From Candidatus Sulfomarinibacteraceae bacterium (lineage in GTDB: Bacteria; Acidobacteriota; Thermoanaerobaculia; Thermoanaerobaculales; Sulfomarinibacteraceae), in the NCBI GenBank assembly GCA_963796455.1, contig CAWCLO010000010.1, forward strand, positions 480,001-544,000: a stretch of DNA of 64,000 nucleotides. The letters are read 5' to 3'. Numbering within the stretch: position 1 is the stretch's first letter; the number at the start of each line of letters is the position of its first letter. The notes beneath the pieces were generated by a model that made no database searches, had not been told where the DNA came from, and saw only the letters and a program-made list of their open reading frames with translations. Shown here piece by piece: positions 18,610-28,737 of this stretch. Made by a program: the position numbers and the translations under genes.

Positions 18610-19449
18610 ATGGCCCTGCAAGGATCCTTGAGCGAGCTACCTCTGCCGGACGTGATCCAGCTGGTCAGCGTATCGGGCAAGACTGGTGCCTTCGATATTC
18701 AGGGAGAAATCCAAAAGGGTAAGATCTTCCTCCGTGACGGCCAGATCGTCGACGCGTCGGTTGGTCGTTTGCGAGGCGACAGCGCAGTGTACGAAATGGC
18801 CATCTGGTCGGAAGGCACCTTCAGCTTCAACGCCGGCGAAGAGACCGACAAAGTCACGGTTCACCTATCGAATGCCTCGTTGATGATGGAGGCCGCACGG
18901 CGACTCGATGAGTGGCGGGTGCTCAGCCGCAAGATCCCCTCGCTCGACCTCGTGCCCTACTTCACGCCTCACGATCATGGAGCAGACCAGGTCACGCTCA
19001 GTCCCCAGGAGTGGATCCTCGTGACTCGCGTCGACGGACGGCTGTCGATCGAGGACATTGCACGCGAACTCAAGTGGGCACCATTCGATGTCTCCAAGCT
19101 GCTCTTCGGAATGATCACCACCGGATTGGTGGCCCTCGGCAAACCGGGTGAGAAGGAGCGAGAGGCAACTCGGTGGCAAGCCGGCCCGAGCCCGGTGACC
19201 CTGCTCGCGCTCGCTGAGAAAATTCGCTCGGTCGCCCTCAATGTTGTCGGCTCGGGGGGTGAACGAACGATCGAAAAACAGTACACTTCAGCGCGGACCC
19301 TCATCGAGAAGGGTGAGGGCTTCCACGTTTTGAGAGATATGGTGCAACAACACACCAAGGCCATTTCGCTGCTCAAGGGCTCTGATACTGCCGCCATGTT
19401 TGACGAACAGGTCCGCCCGCTACTCGGCGAAGTGCAACAAAGTGAATGA
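18610..19449 (+). CDS. DUF4388 (PATAN-like) domain protein
   Basis: MALQGSLSELPLPDVIQL..KTG..GKIFLRDGQIVDA..W.EG.F.F..LMMEAARRLDEW; LSPQEW winged-helix-like segment. Confidence 0.88.
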   Translation: MALQGSLSELPLPDVIQLVSVSGKTGAFDIQGEIQKGKIFLRDGQIVDASVGRLRGDSAVYEMAIWSEGTFSFNAGEETDKVTVHLSNASLMMEAARRLDEWRVLSRKIPSLDLVPYFTPHDHGADQVTLSPQEWILVTRVDGRLSIEDIARELKWAPFDVSKLLFGMITTGLVALGKPGEKEREATRWQAGPSPVTLLALAEKIRSVALNVVGSGGERTIEKQYTSARTLIEKGEGFHVLRDMVQQHTKAISLLKGSDTAAMFDEQVRPLLGEVQQSE

Positions 19450-19480
19450 GAATTGCGTTATCACTAATGGAGGCAAGAAA

Positions 19481-20710
19481 ATGAAACCGAGGGTCAACCG
19501 AGGGACAATCGCCGTTGCGGCCATCATGCTGATCTTGGCGGCGGCGACACTACACGCTGAGTGGAACAAGGGTCTCGAGGCCTACAAGGCTAAAGACTGG
19601 ACAACCGCGGTCACCGAGTTTGAGGAGGTCACCAAGACCAATCCGGACTACGCCGGCGGTTATTACATGCTCGGTGTGTCGCAGCGAGCCCTCGGTCAGC
19701 TGAGTCCGGCCATTTCCAGCCTGCGCAAGGCCGTCGAACTCGATGGCGCCCAGGCTTCGTACAAAATCGCTCTTGCCCAGGCGTTGTTACAGGCAAAACA
19801 GTACCAAAATGCGTACCAGGTGTTGAAGCCGCTCGATCTGGCCTCGGTGGAAGCGTCGCACCGCACGAATTACGCTCTGCTTTTCGCACAATCCGCCACC
19901 AAGACCAACCGCGCTGGCGAAGCAGTCACCGTCCTGACGGCACAGGTACGTGCCGACGGCCAGAACGCTCGCCTGCAACAGGCACTCGGTGGCGCCTACA
20001 ACGAACTGAACGACGAGCCAAAGGCATTTGCCGCCTATAAAAAGGCCTTCGAACTCAACCCCAAAGACGCGACCAGCGGCCGCAACGCCGTCCGCGCGGG
20101 GATCTCGGTTGCCCGTCGCGCGTCGTCGGATCAACAAAAGGGGAGCTTCTACTCCCAGTCAGCTGCGGTTGCCGAAAAACTCGCCGCAAACTCTCCTACC
20201 TTTGATCATTATCTCCTCGCCGGTGAAGCTTGGCTCGGCGCGAAACAGTATGACAAGGCGCTCCAGTGGTTTGACAAAGCCCGCGGCAAGCAACCCAATA
20301 ACGCTCTCGTCTACTACTACAGCGCCCAGAGCAAGACCTCATTGAACCAACTCAATCCGGCAATCGCCGACCTGCAACAGGCGCTCAAGATCGGTGCTTC
20401 GGGCAAGCTCCGGCAGCAGATTTACAATCAGGGCGGCTATATCTACGACAAGAAGAAGGACTACGCCAACGCCATCCAGTGGTACCAGGAGGCCGGCAAC
20501 TCGGGCAAGGTCGCCGAAATGGGCCGCAAGGGGGACGCTGCCGAGCAAAACGCCCAGGTCGGCAAAGAGTGTGCCGAATTCAAACGCAAGATCGACGCGT
20601 TGCAAATGCAGGTTTCAGAGCTCGAGAAGCTCGGCGACCTCGACAACGCCAAGCTCCTGCAAGAGCAACTGCCCGGTCTCGAGAAGTTTTATAACGAAAA
20701 CTGTCGCTGA
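19481..20710 (+). CDS. Secreted tetratricopeptide-repeat protein
   Basis: GGAGG RBS, signal peptide, multiple TPRs (YYMLGVS, YKKAFELNP, DLQQALKI). Confidence 0.88.
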   Translation: MKPRVNRGTIAVAAIMLILAAATLHAEWNKGLEAYKAKDWTTAVTEFEEVTKTNPDYAGGYYMLGVSQRALGQLSPAISSLRKAVELDGAQASYKIALAQALLQAKQYQNAYQVLKPLDLASVEASHRTNYALLFAQSATKTNRAGEAVTVLTAQVRADGQNARLQQALGGAYNELNDEPKAFAAYKKAFELNPKDATSGRNAVRAGISVARRASSDQQKGSFYSQSAAVAEKLAANSPTFDHYLLAGEAWLGAKQYDKALQWFDKARGKQPNNALVYYYSAQSKTSLNQLNPAIADLQQALKIGASGKLRQQIYNQGGYIYDKKKDYANAIQWYQEAGNSGKVAEMGRKGDAAEQNAQVGKECAEFKRKIDALQMQVSELEKLGDLDNAKLLQEQLPGLEKFYNENCR

Positions 20711-20731
20711 AGATCTCCTGCTCACATATTC

Positions 20732-20760
20732 AGCGCGGCCTTCGGGCCGCGCTTTTCTTT
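20732..20760 (+). terminator. Rho-independent terminator
   Basis: AGCGCGGCC-TTCG-GGCCGCGCT-TTTCTTT. Confidence 0.88.
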
Positions 20761-20821
20761 GTCCGAAATCTCAAAATTTCGGCGCGCTCCAATTGTGGTC
20801 GGCTCCGTCGATGAGAACGCG

Positions 20822-21685
20822 TCAGCCGTCGAGGGCATCCGAGGCGTGGCGGGCAAGAGTCAGCAAGGCGGACCCGACCGGCAGCACCAGCGCCGCCACC
20901 ACCTGCAGCACGAGCATCGACGGACTCATGTCGATGGCGGCCAGACCGAGGGCCTCGGTCATCCGCGACAAGGACACCACGGTGGCAAGGGACGCGACGA
21001 CCGAAAGCACCCCGGCAACCAGACCCGGAATCGCCACTGCGAAAAGGAAGGGCCCGCGAATCGTCCGTTCCGTCGCCCCGACGAGGCGCATGATCGTGAT
21101 CTCAGCTGAGTGCCGATAGAGTTCGAGGTGAACCCATACTGCTGCCAACAAAACAGCCCCTGCCAGCAACATGCCGCTGAGGATTGCGGCCACCAATGCC
21201 AGGCGACGTGCCACACGACCGAGGATCTGATCGATTGAGGTCAAGGGCCCGACGGCCAGGACCTCGCGACGGCCATTCAGTACCGCCACGCCTTCGGGTT
21301 CGGCGGTCACGATCTCGATCAACGGCGGCACCGAGGTGTCGCCCGAAATTACCAACTCTTCGAGGTAAGGAAACCATTGGGTGAGGCGTTGGGCGAGATC
21401 GTTCGGCGACACTTCGACAATATCCCATTCGGGATGTGCCGCAGCCTGGTCGCGAATCCAACCGGCTCGTTGGCCCGGATCGAGCTGTGGGTGGAGAAGG
21501 ACCGCCACGGTGCTTGTCCGGTTCGAGAGTCCAGCCATCGGGGTCAACCACCTATAGACGCTCAGTCCCAAACCGGCCAGAGAAATCGGCACCGCCAGCG
21601 CGAGGGCGAGAATCAGGCTCACCCCGGCGCGCTGCCGCAACAACAACGAGCCCTCGGCAAGGGCGTGTGGGATCATGGCGGCCAC
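20822..21685 (-). CDS. ftsX: FtsX-like permease
   Basis: EITIMRLVGATERTIRGPF; 4 TM; follows ftsE. Confidence 0.88.
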   Translation of the reverse strand: MAAMIPHALAEGSLLLRQRAGVSLILALALAVPISLAGLGLSVYRWLTPMAGLSNRTSTVAVLLHPQLDPGQRAGWIRDQAAAHPEWDIVEVSPNDLAQRLTQWFPYLEELVISGDTSVPPLIEIVTAEPEGVAVLNGRREVLAVGPLTSIDQILGRVARRLALVAAILSGMLLAGAVLLAAVWVHLELYRHSAEITIMRLVGATERTIRGPFLFAVAIPGLVAGVLSVVASLATVVSLSRMTEALGLAAIDMSPSMLVLQVVAALVLPVGSALLTLARHASDALDG

Positions 21686-22365
21686 ATCCCGTCAAAGTGG
21701 ATCTGGCCCTGATGAAGAACCAGGGTGCGAGCCGGAATGGACTCGAGGATCGCGTGATCGTGGGTCGCGACCATGACTGTCGCTCCTTGATAGTTGATGT
21801 CACATAACAGGCTCAGGAGCTCTGACGCGAGATCAGCATCGAGATTCCCCGTCGGTTCATCGGCCAGGATCAGGCGGGGTTGATATGCCAGGGCTCGCGC
21901 GATCGCGACCCGCTGTTGTTCACCGCCCGAAAGAGCATCCGGCAGTGCCGCCTTGCGGTGTTGCAGACCGAGTCGTTTCAGGACCTGGAGGGCCCGGTGT
22001 TGGGCCTCACGCGCCGCGATGCCGTGGATACGAAGGACAAAGGTGATGTTTTCCAACACCGATTTTCTTTTCAGGAGCTTAAAATCCTGAAAGATGACCC
22101 CGATCTTCCGGCGCAGGAGCGGCAACCGTGCCCGCGACAGTTCGTCGACCCGTCGTCCGGCAACCCAGACCTCACCATCGGTCGGCATTTCCGCGGCATA
22201 GAGGAGGCGGAGCAGGGTCGTCTTGCCGGCGCCCGACGGTCCGGTGAGAAAAACGAACTCACCCGCTTCGACCTGGAGATCGAGACCGCGCAGAATCTTG
22301 CGGCCATCGTAGTTCTTGGAGACGGAGCGTAGGCGAATCACGGGCTCAAGCGGCCGGAGACACAA
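21673..22365 (-). CDS. ftsE: Cell division ATP-binding protein FtsE
   Basis: GPSGAGKT, IFQDFKLL, LSGGEQQR, DEPTGNLD (true start may be GTG 22341). Confidence 0.92.
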   Translation of the reverse strand: MCLRPLEPVIRLRSVSKNYDGRKILRGLDLQVEAGEFVFLTGPSGAGKTTLLRLLYAAEMPTDGEVWVAGRRVDELSRARLPLLRRKIGVIFQDFKLLKRKSVLENITFVLRIHGIAAREAQHRALQVLKRLGLQHRKAALPDALSGGEQQRVAIARALAYQPRLILADEPTGNLDADLASELLSLLCDINYQGATVMVATHDHAILESIPARTLVLHQGQIHFDGMWPP

Positions 22366-22440
22366 TCTTTTCGATAACCGGTTTGTCTCTCACAGCACCC
22401 CCGAGGCTCGAATTGTATCATTGGGTAGAATGCCATTTCG

Positions 22441-23193
22441 ATGATGCAAGAAAAGAAGACCTCGTGGCGCAAGGACATGATCGGCCGGCAAACCGTGCTG
22501 ATGACGGACGCCCCGAGGAGCAGGATGGTTTTCGGAATCGGCCCGCCATCGAAGCAAGATACTCCGGAGCATCGTATGCAGGGCGTTCTTGCAGCTCTCC
22601 TTCCGGCGATCACAGCCCTCAGATGGGGCCAGCAGATCCACGGTCGATTGGTGGCCTCGATCGCGGCCGAGCCCGGATCTCCTCTTGAAGGGGTCGCGTG
22701 TGTCGGTCGCTGCGACGCGCTGATCACCGCCGATGAGGGCATTGGCCTGGCCGTATGGACCGCCGACTGCGTTCCCCTTTTGATGGCGGGCGACGGCGTC
22801 GTGGCGGCCGTACACTCGGGCTGGCGGGGCACCGCATCCGACATCGCCGGCGCGGTCGTCCAGCGCTTTCGAAACGAATACGGAGTACCGCCATCCGATC
22901 TTCGGGTGGCGATCGGGCCGTCCATCTCGGGGCCGCGCTATGAGGTCGGGACGGAGGTCATCGAGGCCCTGCAACAGCACGGCATCGACGAGTCCTTGTG
23001 GCGCGATCAGCAAACGGTTGATCTCCGCTCCTTCTTGGTGGAACGGTTGCGGGCCCTCGGCATCGAAGCCTCCGCGATCGACCTGGTCGGGGGCTGTACC
23101 GCGGAGACGCCGGAGTTGGCGTCGTTTCGTCGCGATGGTGAGGCCGCCGGACGCCAATGGTCGCTGATCTACAACCCGGCTTCGGAAGTCTGA
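22441..23193 (+). CDS. pgeF: YfiH/PgeF family (laccase-like purine nucleoside phosphorylase)
   Basis: QIHG, DALIT, TADCVP, VHSGWRG, GPSI, SFRR; start uncertain. Confidence 0.9.
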   Translation: MMQEKKTSWRKDMIGRQTVLMTDAPRSRMVFGIGPPSKQDTPEHRMQGVLAALLPAITALRWGQQIHGRLVASIAAEPGSPLEGVACVGRCDALITADEGIGLAVWTADCVPLLMAGDGVVAAVHSGWRGTASDIAGAVVQRFRNEYGVPPSDLRVAIGPSISGPRYEVGTEVIEALQQHGIDESLWRDQQTVDLRSFLVERLRALGIEASAIDLVGGCTAETPELASFRRDGEAAGRQWSLIYNPASEV

Positions 23194-24227
23194 CGGGCCC
23201 GGAGCTGCCCACACGCCGCGGCGACATCACTGCCGCGGGACCAGCGAACCGTTACCGTGATGCCTTCGTCCCGAAGGGCCTCGCCAAAACGGTTGATGGT
23301 TTCATCGTCCGGGCGACGAAGCTCTGGAAAGTGCTCGGGGTCTTCGTTGAGCGGGATGACATTGATCTTTGAGGGGATGCGCCGCATCAGCTTGGCGACG
23401 GTTCGGGCGTCGTCTATGCTGTCGTTGAATCCAGCGATCACGACGTACTCGAAGGTAATGCGACGTCCGCGCTCGAGCGGGAACGACCGCAACAGAGCAA
23501 AGAGCTCATCGAGAGGGTACTTGCGGCTGATCGGCATGATTTGTTGCCGTCGTTCCTGGTCGGGTGCATTGAGAGAGAGCGCGAGCTTTGGTCTTTTGTC
23601 GAGCCCCGCGAGCCACCGAATCCCGGGGGAGATGCCAGCCGTCGACACCGTGATCCGCTTCAAGCTCACCCTCTCGGACAAAACATCGAGAGCGTGACCG
23701 AGGTGCGTGGTGTTGAGCAGAGGCTCGCCCATGCCCATGAACACGAGGTTGACCCGTTCCACATCGGAGTCGAGATCGCGCAGCATGATCCGGTACTGGC
23801 CGACGATTTCGTGTGGTCTCAGGTTCCGACCGGCACCAAAGGCCCCGGTCACGCAGAAGGTGCAGCCGACGGCGCAGCCCGCCTGGGACGAAAGGCAGAA
23901 GGTGGCCTTCAATCCTTCACGCATGGCGACCCCCTCTACCGTTGCCTTTCCGTCGAGGCCGAAGAGGTATTTTCGCGAACCGTCGGAGCTCTTGTCGACG
24001 TGCAAAACGGCCGGCTCGGTGAGGCGGAAGCCTTTCTCCAAACTCGATCGCAACTCGAGTGAGAGATCGGTCATCTCCGAAAAGGTCGATGCGTTGCGGT
24101 CGATCACCCAGCGCGCGATCTGTCGTCCACGGTATGCCCTGTCCACATGTCCGGCGACCATTTCGACAATTTCGGTCGTTGTCCTACCGACGAGATTGGT
24201 GGCTTCGCCGGGCGTCACGGCGGTCAC
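23169..24227 (-). CDS. rlmN: 23S rRNA/tRNA m2A radical SAM methyltransferase
   Basis: CLSSQAGCAVGCTFC, MGMGEP, AACGQL. Confidence 0.96.
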   Translation of the reverse strand: MTAVTPGEATNLVGRTTTEIVEMVAGHVDRAYRGRQIARWVIDRNASTFSEMTDLSLELRSSLEKGFRLTEPAVLHVDKSSDGSRKYLFGLDGKATVEGVAMREGLKATFCLSSQAGCAVGCTFCVTGAFGAGRNLRPHEIVGQYRIMLRDLDSDVERVNLVFMGMGEPLLNTTHLGHALDVLSERVSLKRITVSTAGISPGIRWLAGLDKRPKLALSLNAPDQERRQQIMPISRKYPLDELFALLRSFPLERGRRITFEYVVIAGFNDSIDDARTVAKLMRRIPSKINVIPLNEDPEHFPELRRPDDETINRFGEALRDEGITVTVRWSRGSDVAAACGQLRARQTSEAGL

Positions 24228-24592
24228 AGGCGTTCATTTTCGCCGTCTCTCTCGAGCTGGCGTCGGGGCGTTTTATGACCATTTGAACGGTGGCGCCCCG
24301 GCGAGATCCCGAGCGACGCGAGGTATTGTGCGTCGGCCACATCCATACGATATTCCGGATCCATCACATCGCTGCTGACATGCAGCCGCAGGGTTCCGCG
24401 GTCGACCTCCATCGAGCCATCTTCGCCGCAGGCGAGAGAGGCTTCGAGCATCATGACCGCCTGCCAGCCGTCCTCGTGCAGCTCTTCGAGGCACGAACGC
24501 ACATCATCCGACCGGATGACCGACGCGTGGACGGCCTTGCCCAGCTTGCGGAGGAGCTCTTGAAGTCTCTCGGTGCGTTCTTCGTCCATCAT
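24224..24592 (-). CDS. Hypothetical protein translationally coupled to rlmN
   Basis: Natural-looking ORF (MMDEERTERLQELLRKLG...DAQYLASLGI) whose stop overlaps the rlmN start. Confidence 0.7.
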   Translation of the reverse strand: MMDEERTERLQELLRKLGKAVHASVIRSDDVRSCLEELHEDGWQAVMMLEASLACGEDGSMEVDRGTLRLHVSSDVMDPEYRMDVADAQYLASLGISPGRHRSNGHKTPRRQLERDGENERL

Positions 24593-24704
24593 TCTCCACT
24601 CAATAACCACAAAAAAGCGGTCGCTCTTCCCATCCTACCGGAGTTTGAGGTCACGATGTCTTCGATTGATCCGCCGGTGCACCTTTGTTACCGTGAATGC
24701 GCAG

Positions 24705-25622
24705 ATGGAACAGATACCCAAACCATGGATTCGGCGCCGCCAACTGGCCGGCGATGCCTCCTCCAGGTCGTATTTCAGGCTCTGGGACGGGGAGGGCCAC
24801 ACGGCGGTTCTCGTGTGTTACCCGGAAGCGGACCGTTGGCAACTCGAGCGGGACCTCTTGGTCAGGGCATGGTGCATGGCTCACGGTCTGCGCGTTCCGG
24901 CCCTCGTGACCAGCGAAACTGATCACGGTTGGGCGGTGTACGAAGACCTCGGGCCGATCGATGCCGAGCAATGCCTCCATCAGTCCGATCCGGCCACCAG
25001 ACTCGATCTCGCGCGGCGGGCCGTTCAACCACTGGTGACCCTGGCCGAACTCACGACAAATGACCTGCCGGCGTGGAATCGCCCGCTCGATGAAACCCGG
25101 CTTCGCTGGGAACTCGCCGGTTTCGAACTGTGGTACATCCATCATGATCGCGCCGCCACCGTGACCTCGGAGGTGGGACAGTGGCTCGATGACTTGGCCC
25201 GGGCAGTCGGTACCCACCCTCAGCGAATCTGCCATCGAGACTATCACCTCAACAATTTGTTCTTCGACCAGAACAACGAGGTCGTCGTGATCGACTACCA
25301 GGACATCCTGGTCGGGCCGGACACCTACGACGCCGTTTCGTTGATCTGCGAACGCGGACTTCCTCGCGAACTGTCGGAAAGTGAATGCGCTGAGTTGCGC
25401 CACGACTGGGCCCGGATCACTGCTGCGGCCCCGGGGTGGAGCGATCGTTTTCGGCAGGTGCGGATCCAACGTGGTCTCAAGGTCCTCGGGACATTCGCCC
25501 GTTTGTCGATCTCCGGCGCAGATGGTTATCGGAAATGGATGGTGGATCTTCGTCGAGCCCTCGTTGTCGAGTTGGAAGAAGTTGCGGCACCTGTTGGTGT
25601 GATCGACCTTCTGTTAGACTAG
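24705..25622 (+). CDS. amgK: AmgK-like MurNAc/GlcNAc kinase (aminoglycoside phosphotransferase family)
   Basis: LAGDASSRSYFR, EDLG, HRDYHLNN, IDYQD, YDAVSL, QRGLKVLGTFARL. Confidence 0.8.
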   Translation: MEQIPKPWIRRRQLAGDASSRSYFRLWDGEGHTAVLVCYPEADRWQLERDLLVRAWCMAHGLRVPALVTSETDHGWAVYEDLGPIDAEQCLHQSDPATRLDLARRAVQPLVTLAELTTNDLPAWNRPLDETRLRWELAGFELWYIHHDRAATVTSEVGQWLDDLARAVGTHPQRICHRDYHLNNLFFDQNNEVVVIDYQDILVGPDTYDAVSLICERGLPRELSESECAELRHDWARITAAAPGWSDRFRQVRIQRGLKVLGTFARLSISGADGYRKWMVDLRRALVVELEEVAAPVGVIDLLLD

Positions 25623-25703
25623 GGCCGCGTAGCGCGAGCGGCTGAAAAACTTCGCTCCGCTTTTCGTGGGGGCCCGGTTCCAAAACCGGGTCAGGAGGTC
25701 CCG

Positions 25704-25889
25704 ATGTTCGGAAGTCTCGGTCTTCCCGAATTGTTGATTTTGCTCGCGATCGTCGTGCTCATCTTTGGTGTCAACAAGCTCCCTCGGCTTGGCAAGGGCC
25801 TCGGTGAGGGCATTCGTAATTTCAAAGACTCGGTGCGATCAGACAAGGGTACCGAGGGAGATGATGGCGAAGAACCCAAAGCCGAGTAG
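25704..25889 (+). CDS. tatA: Twin-arginine translocase TatA/E
   Basis: [44 protein letters not shown]. Confidence 0.95.
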   Translation: MFGSLGLPELLILLAIVVLIFGVNKLPRLGKGLGEGIRNFKDSVRSDKGTEGDDGEEPKAE

Positions 25890-25959
25890 GCCACAACTCT
25901 CGGTAGATTTGTCCGGCGCCCGGTGAATATGGTCCGTCAAGACCTTTTTCCCCCTTGGT

Positions 25960-27186
25960 GTGGAATATGCGGACCCGCTGCACCCTGATATCCTGAAATA
26001 TATGACCGCTGCCGACCCACCCTCGGTAGATACCGTTCGCTGCATCGCCAGCAACAAGCTGGCGCATTTTCTGCAGCGCGACGCCCGATCGTCGGCCGCC
26101 GAGGGGCTCGATCTCAGGCTCATCTTCCGAAGGCTCCTCGAAAGAGCCAACGACTTTCTGCCCTCGGAAGCCGGCACCATCTACCTCGATGACCCGCTCG
26201 ACCGCGGTGATCAACCCGGCAGCGAGTCGTTGGTGGTGATTGCGAGCTTCGGCCCTAAAACCGAGGATCTCGTGGAGGAGCGCTTCAGCAGCCGTTCCGG
26301 CATCATCGGGGAGGTCTATCGATCCGGTTCGTCCTACGCCGTCAGCAATCCCCTCGAGGACCCGGTCTTTCTCAGCGCCCCCGGTCTGCGGATCGGATTC
26401 AACGTCGATTCCGTGATCTGTGCGCCGCTCGAAGTCGATGGTCAACCGATCGGAGTCATCGAACTTCTCAACCATCGTGGCGGCAGCGGTTACTCACCGA
26501 CCGATATTTCGCTGCTGGGTATTTTTGCCCAGACCATCTCTCTCTCCATCGTCAATGCCATCGACGCACACCAATCCAAAGAAATCGCCAAACGGGATGA
26601 TCTTACTGATCTCTACAACGACCGCTATCTCCACAGCCGACTTTCGGAGATCATCGATACCGCCATCAAAAACGGATTCGACTGCGGGGTCATTTTTCTC
26701 GACCTCGATCACTTCAAGGAGGTCAACGACGCTCACGGCCACATGGTCGGGAGCCGCTTGTTGCGCGAAGTCGGAGCGACTCTCAAACAGATCATCCCGG
26801 GCAATGGGTTGACGGCGCGGTATGGCGGCGACGAGTTTGTCATCGCCCTCCCGGGTGCCGGCCGCCAGGAGACATACTGGGTTGCCGAAACAATCCGCCA
26901 GAACATCGCCGACGCCGTGTTCAGAATCGAATCCGACCCGGAGACCTCAAGTATGGTGGAGACCTTGAGCATCTCGGGCGTCGTGACCTGCTCCATCGGT
27001 CTCGCGACCCTCCAGGCGGATGTTCTGGCAGAGATCGGCGACTCATCCGCCAATACCGACGGAGCCAAGGATATCCTGCTCAGAAAAGCCGACACCTGCA
27101 TGTACGCCGCCAAGGAACTCGGCCGCAACCGCACCATCCCCTATTGGGAACTCAAACGCCGGATGTCGCCCGAAGGTGGGGAGTAG
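25960..27186 (+). CDS. GAF-GGDEF diguanylate cyclase
   Basis: GAF domain; DDLTDLYN, DLDHFKEVND, RYGGDEF, MYAAK..GRNR. Confidence 0.93.
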   Translation: MEYADPLHPDILKYMTAADPPSVDTVRCIASNKLAHFLQRDARSSAAEGLDLRLIFRRLLERANDFLPSEAGTIYLDDPLDRGDQPGSESLVVIASFGPKTEDLVEERFSSRSGIIGEVYRSGSSYAVSNPLEDPVFLSAPGLRIGFNVDSVICAPLEVDGQPIGVIELLNHRGGSGYSPTDISLLGIFAQTISLSIVNAIDAHQSKEIAKRDDLTDLYNDRYLHSRLSEIIDTAIKNGFDCGVIFLDLDHFKEVNDAHGHMVGSRLLREVGATLKQIIPGNGLTARYGGDEFVIALPGAGRQETYWVAETIRQNIADAVFRIESDPETSSMVETLSISGVVTCSIGLATLQADVLAEIGDSSANTDGAKDILLRKADTCMYAAKELGRNRTIPYWELKRRMSPEGGE

Positions 27187-27238
27187 GAACAAGTCGGGAC
27201 CTTCGACGGTTCTCCCGATCGAGAAGAGCGGAGGACCC

Positions 27239-27529
27239 ATGGACCCATCACTTCGAAGCCTTTCGATCGAGCGTGCCCTCGTGGATCAACTCGATGCGAC
27301 CCATGTCGAGATTCAAGACGACAGTGCCCACCACGCCGGCCATCCCGGGGCCGAGGCCGGAGGCGGTCACTTTCGAGTCGTCGTCGTATCTGAACGATTT
27401 CAAGATCTCTCCATGGTGGCTGCGCAACGGCTCGTCTACGAGGCTCTTGGAGAACTCATGACCACGGACATCCACGCCCTTCAGATGCGCACCCTGACCC
27501 CCAAACAGTGGGAGGCGGCTCGAAAGTAA
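27239..27529 (+). CDS. bolA: BolA family protein
   Basis: DDSAHHAGH, HFRVVVVS, QRLVY, IHAL. Confidence 0.92.
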   Translation: MDPSLRSLSIERALVDQLDATHVEIQDDSAHHAGHPGAEAGGGHFRVVVVSERFQDLSMVAAQRLVYEALGELMTTDIHALQMRTLTPKQWEAARK

Positions 27530-27532
27530 CCC

Positions 27533-28729
27533 TCAGGTGGAGACGGCGACCGCGGTTTTGTCGGTTCGAGTGCGGCCGTACTCGGCCACATCGGCAACCG
27601 CATCGATGGCCCTTTCCACATCTTCATCGGTGGTGAAGACGCCTGGTGAGAAGCGAACGGTGCCGTGGTCGTCGAAGGTCCCGATGCCCTCGTGGACCTG
27701 CGGCGCACAGTGAAGGCCGGTTCGGGTGATCACATTGTGTTCGACATCGAGGAAGGTCCCCGCCTGGTCGGCCGGCAAACCATCGATATTGAAGACGAAG
27801 ACCGGCAGATGGTCGTGCTTCATGTCGGCGCAGTAGAGCCTGACTCCGTCGATCTCGGCCAGGCCATCACGGAGTCGGGTCGCGTGACGCATCTCGTGCT
27901 GGTAGACCGCCTCCACACCGCCGCGTTCGGCGATCCAGTGCTGCGCGGCCAGCAGACCGGACACTCCCATGAGGTTGAGCGTGCCGAACTCCATCCTCCA
28001 TGGGTACTCTTTGGGCTGCAACTTGAGCGCACTCATCACACCCGTCCCTCCGGCCCGGCAGGGATGGATCTCGACGTGTTCGGAAATGTACATCCCACCG
28101 GTTCCAGACGGCCCGAAGAGCGACTTGTGTCCGGTAAAGCACACCACATCGATGGACATCGACTGGACGTCGATCGGGATCAGGCCTGCTGTCTGGGCCG
28201 CGTCGATGGCAAAGAGAACACCGCGTTCGCGGCAGATTTTGCCGACCTCGGCTACCGGCTGAATCGTGCCGATGACGTTGGATCCGTGATTCATCACCAC
28301 CAGTTTGGTGTTTGGCCGAATCCGATCCGCGATGGCCTGGGGATCCACATAGCCGCGCTCGTCAAAAGGCACGAAGTCGACTTCGACGCCGTTTTCCCGA
28401 TGCATATACATCGGACGCAGAACCGAATTGTGTTCGAGACAGGTCGTGATGGCGTGGTCGCCGGGTGCGAGCACACTCGAAATCAGCAGGTTGAGCGCAT
28501 CGGTGACGTTGTATGAAAAAACGAGACGGTTACGATCCGTTCCGCCAAAGAAATCGGTCAACGCCTGGCGGGACTCGGTCAAGGTCTCCTCCGCCTCGAG
28601 GGCAAGATCAAAACCGGTCCGCCCCGGGTTGACTCCACGGGTGCTGTAAAAATCGCACATGGACTGGATGACCTCGGGCGGTTTGGGGAAGGTTGTGGCG
28701 GCATTGTCGAGGTAGACATATTCGGACAT
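27533..28729 (-). CDS. Class V PLP enzyme, group II cysteine desulfurase-like
   Basis: YLDNAATT, EHNS, DAAQ, TGHK (PLP lysine), RTGLHCA (catalytic Cys). Confidence 0.9.
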   Translation of the reverse strand: MSEYVYLDNAATTFPKPPEVIQSMCDFYSTRGVNPGRTGFDLALEAEETLTESRQALTDFFGGTDRNRLVFSYNVTDALNLLISSVLAPGDHAITTCLEHNSVLRPMYMHRENGVEVDFVPFDERGYVDPQAIADRIRPNTKLVVMNHGSNVIGTIQPVAEVGKICRERGVLFAIDAAQTAGLIPIDVQSMSIDVVCFTGHKSLFGPSGTGGMYISEHVEIHPCRAGGTGVMSALKLQPKEYPWRMEFGTLNLMGVSGLLAAQHWIAERGGVEAVYQHEMRHATRLRDGLAEIDGVRLYCADMKHDHLPVFVFNIDGLPADQAGTFLDVEHNVITRTGLHCAPQVHEGIGTFDDHGTVRFSPGVFTTDEDVERAIDAVADVAEYGRTRTDKTAVAVST

Positions 28730-28737
28730 TTCTCACC

